This document shows positions 1 through 7,533 of a stretch of 9,912 nt of DNA, piece by piece. Origin of the DNA: Prasinococcaceae sp. CCMP 1430. Taxonomy: Eukaryota > Plantae > Prasinodermophyta. The position numbers were made by a program, and so were the translations under genes. Each line of letters begins with the position of its first letter. Position 1 is the first letter of the stretch. The DNA is taken from positions 21,414 to 31,325 of the forward strand of contig RQSC01000033.1 of NCBI GenBank assembly GCA_013416795.1, in the 5' to 3' direction. The notes under the pieces are model-generated. The model searched no databases, was not told the DNA's origin, and worked only from the letters and a program-made list of their open reading frames with translations.

Positions 1-1
1 G

Positions 2-1252
2 CGCGCCGAGCTGGCGCGGACCCTGCTCGACCTCAGCCCGAGCTCGGCGCCGTCCGTCGCCGCCGCGGGCTGCGTGCTCGACGCGCGCGCCGGCGTCGGC
101 GGCGTCGAGGCCGCCCACTTCCTGGGCCAGCTGGGCCGCTGCTGGCGGCTGTACAGCGAGCGCCGGGGGTGGCGCTTCGAGCAGCTGCGCGTCACGCGCA
201 CCGAGCAGGGCGATCCGAGCGAGTTCATCGCCTCTGTGAGCGGCGACGGGGCGTACGCTGCCCTGCGGCACGAGGCGGGCGTGCACCGCGTGCAGCGCGT
301 GCCCGCGGCGCAGCGCTCGTCGGCCAACGCGAAGAAGATGCAGACCAGCGCCGTGCTGTGCGCCGTGCTGCCCGAGGCGCGCGAGGGGGACGAGCACGCG
401 GACATTCCGGCGGCGGGTGAGCGGCCCACAGCGCGCGCGCGACCGATGTCAGGCGCAGCAACCTCGCGCCGGCCGCGGCCTCGCGCGCTCGCCTCGGCCG
501 CACCCGCCCGTTTACAACCACCCCGCTGACCCCCCCCCCCATCCCACTCCGCGCCATGCAGACCTCCGCGTGGAGACCAAGCGCAGCTCCGGCGCGGGCG
601 GGCAGCACGTCAACACGACCGATTCGGCCGTGCGCGTGACGCACACGCCCACCGGCATCAGCGTGTCCATCCAGGACGAGCGCTCGCAGCACCGCAACCG
701 CGACAAGGCCATGCGCGTGCTGCGCGCCCGCCTGGCCGATCGGCGGCGGCGCGAGGAGAGCGCGTCGCGCCTCGACGCGTACGACGAGCAGTCGGGGGGG
801 AACTTCCTCTTCGGCGGCGACCGCCGCGTGCGCACGTACCACTTCCCGCAGAACAGGTGCACGGACCACAGGCTGAGCGGCGCCGCGGCGCACGCGGATC
901 TGACGAGGCTCATCGAGGAAGCCGCCGGGCTCGAGGAATTCCACCAGGTGCGCGCGCGCAGCAGCAGCAGCAGCAGCATCGCGCGAGGCGCTCGCCAGGC
1001 GCTCGCGAGGGCCTCGCGAGGCGCGCAGGGGTGCTCGGCTCCTTTGCGTGGCCGCCCCTGACGCACGACGCGCGTCCGCTCCTCGCGCCCGCTCCTCGAC
1101 AGGAGCTCGACATGGACGAGGCGCTGCGGTCGCTCGAGGAGCAGGAGAGGGCCGTCGCGGGGCAGGCGGGGAGCTCCGAGAGCTCGTCCGCCGAGGGCAG
1201 CGCCAAGCGGGGGCGGCGCGAGCGGCAGCGCGGGCAGCAAAGCGGTCGGTGA
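2..1252 (+). CDS. Organellar class-I peptide chain release factor, RF1-like, 5'-partial. Exons <2-416, 562-947, 1103-1252 (316 aa visible).
   Basis: Exon 1 encodes RF1 PCRF-domain motifs ([35 protein letters not shown]). Splicing at gtgag(417)/cag(561) rejoins [37 protein letters not shown], with the catalytic GGQ, then [10 protein letters not shown] and [18 protein letters not shown] second intron (948-1102) joins in frame to [13 protein letters not shown]...stop 1252. The frame is open to the window start. Confidence 0.9.
417..561 (+). other. Spliceosomal intron 1 of the release factor gene (145 nt, phase 1)
   Basis: GTGAGC donor, CGCTGAC branch site at 524-530, C11 tract and TGCAG acceptor. 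Removal restores the conserved RF1 frame. Confidence 0.9.
948..1102 (+). other. Spliceosomal intron 2 of the release factor gene (155 nt, phase 0)
   Basis: CAG|GTGCGC donor, CCTGAC branch site at 1057-1062, pyrimidine-rich tract and GACAG acceptor. The exons join in frame. Confidence 0.75.
959..976 (+). repeat. (CAG)6 microsatellite inside intron 2
   Basis: Six tandem CAG units read directly from the sequence. Confidence 0.9.
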
Positions 1253-1336
1253 GGAGCGCGCTTGGAGCGGCGGCGGGCGAGGCGGGCGGCGGCCCCTCCG
1301 CGCCCCTCTTCCACCAGCGGACGGCTAGCTGGTCAC

Positions 1337-1351
1337 TAATAATGCTAATAA
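1337..1351 (+). promoter_or_regulatory. AT-rich TAATAA x2 island, candidate polyadenylation signal in the convergent RF/Ssu72 spacer
   Basis: TAATAA at 1337-1342 and 1346-1351, about 85 nt after the RF stop, in otherwise GC-rich DNA. The same hexamer occurs at 7432. Confidence 0.4.
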
Positions 1352-1552
1352 CGCGTGGACAGGCGGACGCGCGCGGCGCGCGGCGCGCTCCTCGCACTCA
1401 CGAAAGGACAGTCCGAAGGACAGAGACGCCTGCGGCTGTCCTCGCCAACTTACGCGGGTCGCGCGGCCGCCGCGGCCGCCCTCGGCTCGTCGAGCGCCCT
1501 CGGCTCGTCGGCCGCCGCTCCTTTCCCGCTCGACGCGAGCGCGACGCGCTCG

Positions 1553-2243
1553 TCAGTAGAAGCACACCGTGTACAGCGGCCGCCGGCCCGTCTCCTCAAC
1601 GAAGGCGTCCAGGATGTCCTCGATCTCCTCCTCCCAGTCGTCGGCCTCGTCGATCATTCGGCAGAGCGTGAGCACGGCCTTGCCGGCCTTTTCGGCCTCC
1701 TCGGGGTTGTCGGTCGTTTGCAGGTTGATCATGAGCACGCTCTCCATGCTCTCCTGCTCTCGCGCGTTGAGCGTCTCGACGGCGATGTCGAAGACGCGCT
1801 GCTCGAAGCAAACGATGACGTCGTGTTGCTTGTACGAGTCCTGGAAGCGCTCGGGGCAGCGCTTGACGCGCACGTTCCGGTCGAGCATGCGCAGCAGGCC
1901 GTTGCGCGTGTACAGCGCCTCGTCCTTGGAGCGCAGGTCGCGGCGGATGAAGGCGTACGGCGTGCCGAAGTCGTACGTGTTGGGCTCGCGCTGCGTGGGG
2001 CCGGGCAGCTTGACGTGATTGCCGATGCCGTAGCTCGACGTGATCAGCCCCGCCTCGCGCAGCACGTGGTGCGCCTCCATCGAGCGGTTCATGTTGGACG
2101 CGCACACCATCGCGAAGCGCCGCCGGCCCGTCACCGCCGGATCGGGGCTCGGCAGCTCGTCGTCGCTCGCGCCCTCCTCGCCGCCGTGCGCGCTCGCGCC
2201 CGCCTCGCCGGCCCCGCCCCCCCCGCCGCCTTCACCCCGCGTG
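1553..2243 (-). CDS. SSU72: RNA polymerase II CTD phosphatase Ssu72; 5' end lies in the gap
   Basis: FAMVCASNMNRSMEAH (CX5R active site), VKLPGP..PNTYDFGTPY, NGLLRMLDRN, PERFQ, CFEQRVFD and the terminal YTVCFY stop are diagnostic of Ssu72. The core has no intron. The frame stays open from 2134 up to the gap edge at 2243. Confidence 0.95.
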
Positions 2244-3223
2244 NNNNNNNNNNNNNNNNNNNNNNNNNNNNNNNNNNNNNNNNNNNNNNNNNNNNNNNNN
2301 NNNNNNNNNNNNNNNNNNNNNNNNNNNNNNNNNNNNNNNNNNNNNNNNNNNNNNNNNNNNNNNNNNNNNNNNNNNNNNNNNNNNNNNNNNNNNNNNNNNN
2401 NNNNNNNNNNNNNNNNNNNNNNNNNNNNNNNNNNNNNNNNNNNNNNNNNNNNNNNNNNNNNNNNNNNNNNNNNNNNNNNNNNNNNNNNNNNNNNNNNNNN
2501 NNNNNNNNNNNNNNNNNNNNNNNNNNNNNNNNNNNNNNNNNNNNNNNNNNNNNNNNNNNNNNNNNNNNNNNNNNNNNNNNNNNNNNNNNNNNNNNNNNNN
2601 NNNNNNNNNNNNNNNNNNNNNNNNNNNNNNNNNNNNNNNNNNNNNNNNNNNNNNNNNNNNNNNNNNNNNNNNNNNNNNNNNNNNNNNNNNNNNNNNNNNN
2701 NNNNNNNNNNNNNNNNNNNNNNNNNNNNNNNNNNNNNNNNNNNNNNNNNNNNNNNNNNNNNNNNNNNNNNNNNNNNNNNNNNNNNNNNNNNNNNNNNNNN
2801 NNNNNNNNNNNNNNNNNNNNNNNNNNNNNNNNNNNNNNNNNNNNNNNNNNNNNNNNNNNNNNNNNNNNNNNNNNNNNNNNNNNNNNNNNNNNNNNNNNNN
2901 NNNNNNNNNNNNNNNNNNNNNNNNNNNNNNNNNNNNNNNNNNNNNNNNNNNNNNNNNNNNNNNNNNNNNNNNNNNNNNNNNNNNNNNNNNNNNNNNNNNN
3001 NNNNNNNNNNNNNNNNNNNNNNNNNNNNNNNNNNNNNNNNNNNNNNNNNNNNNNNNNNNNNNNNNNNNNNNNNNNNNNNNNNNNNNNNNNNNNNNNNNNN
3101 NNNNNNNNNNNNNNNNNNNNNNNNNNNNNNNNNNNNNNNNNNNNNNNNNNNNNNNNNNNNNNNNNNNNNNNNNNNNNNNNNNNNNNNNNNNNNNNNNNNN
3201 NNNNNNNNNNNNNNNNNNNNNNN
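2244..3223. other. Assembly gap (980 N)
   Basis: Run of N, flanked on the left by a C-rich (minus-strand G-rich) low-complexity tract. Confidence 1.
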
Positions 3224-4536
3224 TCCGCCGCGGCGGCCTCCGCCGCCGCGGCGGCGGCCACGTCGCCCTCGCCGCTCGCGGCGCTCGCTGCGAGCGCCTC
3301 GAGCTGCTCTTGCAGCTCCGCCGCGAGCTCGTAGTCGTCGGCGGCGACGGCATCGGCCTGCTGCGCTTCGAGTTGGGCCGCGCGCTGAGCAGACTCCTGG
3401 GAGCGCCTGCGCGCGCCGGCCAGCGCATCGCGCGCCTCCTCCTCGGCGACGCGCGCGCGCGTCACCTCGCCCTCCGACGCCGCCACGGCGGCCAGCCCGC
3501 GCGCCTCCAGCGCGTCGAGCAGCGCGGACATTGCCGCCACCAGCGAGTCGGGGTCCGACGGAGATACCACGACCGCGTCGGCAGACGCGGCGGGCGCGCC
3601 GCCCGCGGCGGCGGAGCCGTCCTGTGCGGAACTGGCGGAAACGCCGGCGCCGCCCGTCGGATCGACCGCGGTGCCGGCCTGCGCGCGCGCCTCGGCGACA
3701 AAGTCTGCCGAAGGCGTCGCGCGGGTCGGCTCGGTCACAGCAGCCTCGGGTGCGGCCGGGGGTGGGGGCGACGCATCATCGGCAGCCGGTGGAGCGGTCG
3801 GGCTGGGCCCCCCGTCGCCCGCGCTGGTCGCCGTCGCGACCGCATCGACCTCGACGGCAGCCGTAGCAGTCGCGTCCACGTCGGCGCAGACGGCGGCAGC
3901 TGCGGTCCCCTCATCCTTCGCACGCCCGTCGTCCTCTGGGGCCGGAGCGGCGGCGGCACTCTCCCCCGGACCGGCTTCGAGCTTCATGCCGGCGCGCTGG
4001 TCGGCTGTCGCGGCGGGCACTGCTGCGGCCTCCTCCACGCCCCCGCCGGCGTCGTCGACACGGCGAGCCTCCACCGCGGGCTCTTCGAGCTGCATGCCGG
4101 CGAACGCGTCCCCAGGGCTGGCCGCGGGAGCGGCGCCGGCGTGCAGCGCGGTGGCCTCGACGCGCTTCGCCGGCGGCACCCACGAGCCGCTCATGTCGGG
4201 CTCCAAGCTTTCCCCCGCAGCAGCGCGGCGCACGACCTCGTCGAGGGTGATGGGCCCCTCGGCCTGCGCGCACGCGATCAGCTTGAGCGCGAGGTCGAAC
4301 GCCGCGCGGTCGAGGCCGCGCACGCCCGGCGCGGCCGCGGCGGCGGCCGCGTCCCAGACCGCTCCGAGCGCGGCGTTTCCGAGCGCCGACCGCTGAAAGA
4401 GCGGCACGACGTCACCACCGCTCGCGACGCCGTCGCCATTGGCATCTGCCTCCGACCACAGCGCATCCGACGTGGTCGCGCCGCCCGCACGCCGCGCGGC
4501 GGACGCTTTCGCGGCCGCTGGGGCCGGCGGGGTCAC
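3224..4536 (-). CDS. EH (Eps15-homology) domain protein with an Ala/Pro-rich linker and a coiled-coil/UVR-like motif; partial at both ends
   Basis: About 4258-4471 encodes DALWSEADANGDGVASGGDVVPLFQRSALGNAALGAVWDAA...GLDRAAFDLALKLIACAQA, matching the EH pattern. About 3283-3378 encodes AQLEAQQADAVAADDYELAAELQEQLEAL, matching the UvrB/C (UVR) helical hairpin pattern. The ORF is continuous into the gap. Confidence 0.75.
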
Positions 4537-4537
4537 N

Positions 4538-5513
4538 CTTCTTTCTGTCATGCATCTGCGCGCATACGGGCCCGCCACCTCGCGCGACACTGCGCGCGCC
4601 GCTGTCTGGTGGTCTCGCCCTCGCGTGCTGCTCCTTCCCGCGCCTGCCACCCTCCTGTCCTCTCCAGATGAGCGCTTTGCCACTGACCCACATTCCCCGA
4701 CCTCCTACCCAAACCCGACCCGGTCAACGCGCGCGCACTGACAGGTACACATGGGCGTGCTGCCTGTCGATCCTGGCCCTCACGCCGGCCGACGTGCAGG
4801 CGACGCTTGCGAAGAGCAGCGCCGGCACACACGACGCCGAGGCGGTGCTCACGTCGCTGTGGTCGGGCGTCTACTGGTCGATGTTTGTGCTCACGTGGGC
4901 GCTGTTGCCCTTCGTGCAGATGTACGCGGACAGCGGCGCCTTCAGCGCGCGCGCGCGCGCGCAGCACGCGCTGCGCACCAACGCCTTCTTCTATGCGGCG
5001 GTCGGCGGCGTGGGCGCATTGGGCGTAGTGCTGCTGATTGCAAGCGGTGAGCTCAGCGTGGGCGGCCTCGCGGGCGTCGCGATGGCAGCGTCGAACGCGT
5101 GGGGCCTGCTCGTCGCGCTCGCTGCGCTGGGGTACGGGATGGTGGAGATTCCCCGTAGCGCGTGGCGCAACGCCGGCGTGTCGTCCCGCCGCCGTTGGGC
5201 CTTTGTTGAGCTCGACTCGTGCGCGAGAAGCGCCCGCGGCGCCGCGGCGGAGCTGCGCGCGGCGCGCGGAGCGCTGGGCGCCGTCGACGTTCAGATGAGC
5301 CGCCGGGATGAGCTGCGACCGTACGTGAACGTGGTGCTGGAGGAGGACGCGGAGGCCCGCGCGCGCGCCCAGGCGCAGTCGCGCGAAAGCTCGTGGGCGT
5401 GCGAGGTCGACGAGGGTGACGTGGAGGCGGCGGTTGAGGAGGGCGGCGCGGAGGACTACGACGCGGACGTCGCCGGGGTGGCGGCGCTGCGGCGCCGCCT
5501 GCGGCGCGCGCGT
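4538..5513 (+). CDS. LMBR1/LMBRD2-like multi-pass membrane protein, N-terminal half only. Exons <4538-4608 and 4745-~5513.
   Basis: The translation follows the plant LMBR1-like family as I recall it: LR..GP...AVW|YTWACCLSILALTPADV, LWSGVYWSMFVLTWALLPFVQMYADSGAF, ASNAWGLL...LGYGMVEIPRSAWRNA, QMSRRDELRPYVNV, DYDADVAGVAALRRRLRRA. Similarity stops near 5510, and the C-terminal TM helices are absent. Confidence 0.85.
4609..4744 (+). other. Spliceosomal intron of the LMBR1-like gene (136 nt, phase 2)
   Basis: TG|GTGGTC donor (weak), CACTGAC branch site at 4681-4687 and GACAG acceptor. Splicing gives AVW-YTW with the same spacing from the LR motif as recalled plant homologues. Confidence 0.65.
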
Positions 5514-7392
5514 GTACCGCGGCTGGCCCGTGCAGGAGGCGTCCGACGCGAGGCGCGTGCTCGCAGGCGTCGCCCACGCCGGCCCGGCGGAGGGCGCCGA
5601 CCGCGACGAGCGCACCGACGCCGAGGCGTGGATGGCCTACGAGCGCCTCTTCCGCGTGTGGCACTCGGAGCGCGCGCGCGACTACGTGGACTCGCACTGC
5701 CGGCGGCTGACGGTGGGCGACGTGGGCTGCACGCTGAGCCACGTGGGCGTGTGGGAGCGCGCGCTGCGCGAGGGCGCGCGCGTGGCCTGCGTCTTCGAGG
5801 ATGACGCGCGCCCGCGCGCCGGCGCGCTCGAGTACGCGCTGCGCGAGGGCGAGCGCGCGCGAGCGGCGGGCGTCGACTGGCACGTGCTGTACATCCACTC
5901 GTCCAAGTACGACCGCGTCGCGGAGGCGAGGGTCGAGCTGCCTGGCGCCGAGGAGTCGCCGCTGGTGTACGCCGCGCACCGCAAGCTCACCGACGCGTAC
6001 CTCATAACGGCGGAAGGGTGCAGGCACGCCCTGGCGGCCGACCTCCGCTCGACCGGCGTGCTGCCCATCGACGACTTCCTCCCGGCGCTGTACGGCCGCG
6101 GCCACCCGCGGCCCGACGTCATGGCGCACGAGGGCGTGCGCGCCGCGCGCGCGTCCGCGGGCGAGGGAGGGTTCGTGGCGCTCGCGGTCGGCGGGGACGC
6201 GGGCGGCCCGGGCGCTGGCAGCTGGTTCGGCCGCGACGGCCGCGACGGGGCCTCGGCGGGGGACGTCCGCGCGCGTCAGCTCAGCGTGAACCTCGCCCAC
6301 ACGTCCCTGGGCCGGTCGCAGAGCAACCGAGCGCAGATCATCATCGGCGACTACGGACCCGAGCAGGAGGGGGCCGACGCCGACCAGCTCGGCGCGGATG
6401 CGGACGCTCCCCTGGGCGTCCGCGGCGTCCGCGGCGCGCCGGCGGACGCGCGGGCGCGCGTCGTGGGCCTGTGCGCGCCTGTCGATGCCGGTGACGTGTC
6501 CGAGTGCGCGCGGAGGCTGCGCGAGCGCTCGTGGGTGCTCGTGCGCCTGGCCGACGCCGCGCAGCGAGACGCGCTGCTGCGCGCGCAGCGCGCGTGGGAG
6601 GACTTTTTCACGCGCGCGGGGGACGCGTACAAGCGCACGCTCAAGCCCACGACCAGGCGTCACGGCGACCTGCGCCTCTGGGGTTGCGGCCACACGTCGC
6701 AGCGAGCGCGCGAGCAGTTCCACGCCGTCGCTGGCGCCTTCGACGCCATGCCGTGGCCCGACAGTGGCGTGTACGGCGCGGGCGGAGGCGCCGATGCGGG
6801 CGCGAGCGCACGTGAGCGCGTGGGCGCCGAGGTCGCACGCGCGGAAGCGTGCGCGCGCGCTGGCTGCGCGGGGGGCGTGGAGGCGCTGAGCCGCGCGGCG
6901 TGCGGCGTGCTGGGCGAGTTCGCGCGCCGCCTGCTGGCAGCCGTGGACCCGGCGCTCGAGGAGGAGCGCGTCGCGGCGGCATCGGCGGGCGGGGACACGT
7001 CGGCGTTTGACGTGTTCCGTTACTACGGCAACGCGGCGTGCGCAGGCGACGAGGGCCGCGGCGGCGGCGGCGGCGACGACGACGGCAGCGCGGGCGCCCT
7101 CGGCGTGCCGTCCTCGGCGCAGCTCGACATGGGCGCACACACCGATCCCGGCTACCTGACGCTGAAGCCGGTGTCGGACACGCCGGGGCTCGAGGTCTAC
7201 GACGCGCTCGAGCGGTGCTGGGTGGGCCCCGAGGCGCTCTCGTGCGCCGCGCACGCGGGCGCCTCGAGCGCGCACGTGCTGGTGCTGGCGTGCGACTGCC
7301 TGCGCGGCGCGCGGTCTTGCCCGCACCGCGTGCGCGCGGCGGCGGCGCCGCGCCTCAGCCTCGTGTACGAGCTGCGCGGCAGCGGCTGCTAG
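5512..7392 (+). CDS. Fusion of a GT25 (LPS/collagen galactosyltransferase-like) domain and a C-terminal 2OG-Fe(II) dioxygenase (IPNS/DOXC-like fold); N-terminus missing
   Basis: GT25 motifs: RRLTVGDVGCTLSHVGVW (GCTLSH at 5725-5742), VFEDD (EDD at 5797-5805), AYLITAEG and PIDDFLPALYGRGHP. Dioxygenase motifs: FDVFRYY, HTD (7138-7146), LTL, GLEVYD, W, HRV (His at 7324-7326) and RLS (7351-7359). One uninterrupted frame to TAG at 7390-7392. Confidence 0.8.
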   Translation: MYRGWPVQEASDARRVLAGVAHAGPAEGADRDERTDAEAWMAYERLFRVWHSERARDYVDSHCRRLTVGDVGCTLSHVGVWERALREGARVACVFEDDARPRAGALEYALREGERARAAGVDWHVLYIHSSKYDRVAEARVELPGAEESPLVYAAHRKLTDAYLITAEGCRHALAADLRSTGVLPIDDFLPALYGRGHPRPDVMAHEGVRAARASAGEGGFVALAVGGDAGGPGAGSWFGRDGRDGASAGDVRARQLSVNLAHTSLGRSQSNRAQIIIGDYGPEQEGADADQLGADADAPLGVRGVRGAPADARARVVGLCAPVDAGDVSECARRLRERSWVLVRLADAAQRDALLRAQRAWEDFFTRAGDAYKRTLKPTTRRHGDLRLWGCGHTSQRAREQFHAVAGAFDAMPWPDSGVYGAGGGADAGASARERVGAEVARAEACARAGCAGGVEALSRAACGVLGEFARRLLAAVDPALEEERVAAASAGGDTSAFDVFRYYGNAACAGDEGRGGGGGDDDGSAGALGVPSSAQLDMGAHTDPGYLTLKPVSDTPGLEVYDALERCWVGPEALSCAAHAGASSAHVLVLACDCLRGARSCPHRVRAAAAPRLSLVYELRGSGC

Positions 7393-7431
7393 CGCGGCGG
7401 GCGGCGGGCCCCCGGGCCGCGCCTGTGGACA

Positions 7432-7438
7432 TAATAAT
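7432..7438 (+). promoter_or_regulatory. TAATAAT island, candidate polyadenylation signal
   Basis: About 40 nt after the stop at 7392, in a convergent spacer. Same motif as at 1337. Confidence 0.4.
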
Positions 7439-7533
7439 CATGGGGATGTACAGTATGCGGGCGCGCTGAGGGTGCCCCTCTCTCTCTCGCGCGCGTGCGC
7501 TCGCCCGGCCGCGCGGCGCGCCGGCGGCGCCGC

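Noticed and set aside
410-570. Programmed ribosomal frameshift in the release factor gene (as in bacterial prfB)
   Set aside because: The frame change is fully explained by a canonical GT-AG intron with a branch site. No CTT-TGA slippery site or Shine-Dalgarno-like element is present, and the protein is RF1-like.
1329-1453. Perfect donor-like GTAAGT on the minus strand at 1453, suggesting an Ssu72 3'-UTR intron
   Set aside because: No matching CTGAC branch site before a plausible acceptor, so it cannot be supported from sequence alone.
1355-3866. ORFs spanning the N gap (1355-3334, 2040-3866, 2232-3428)
   Set aside because: Their length comes from translating Ns as X.
5478-5535. A 58-nt (5478-5535) or 22-nt (5514-5535) intron that would fuse LMBR1 and GT25 in frame
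   Set aside because: Weak donors, no CTGAC branch site, and much shorter than the other introns (136-253 nt). The 58-nt version would also remove the conserved AALRRRLR segment. Not excluded without RNA data.
5053-7326. Long antisense and alternative-frame ORFs (also 225-1397, 3310-4671, 7676-8581, 9090-9800)
   Set aside because: Arg/Ala/Pro-rich translations without recognisable motifs, overlapping well-supported genes. This is expected from stop-codon scarcity in very GC-rich DNA.
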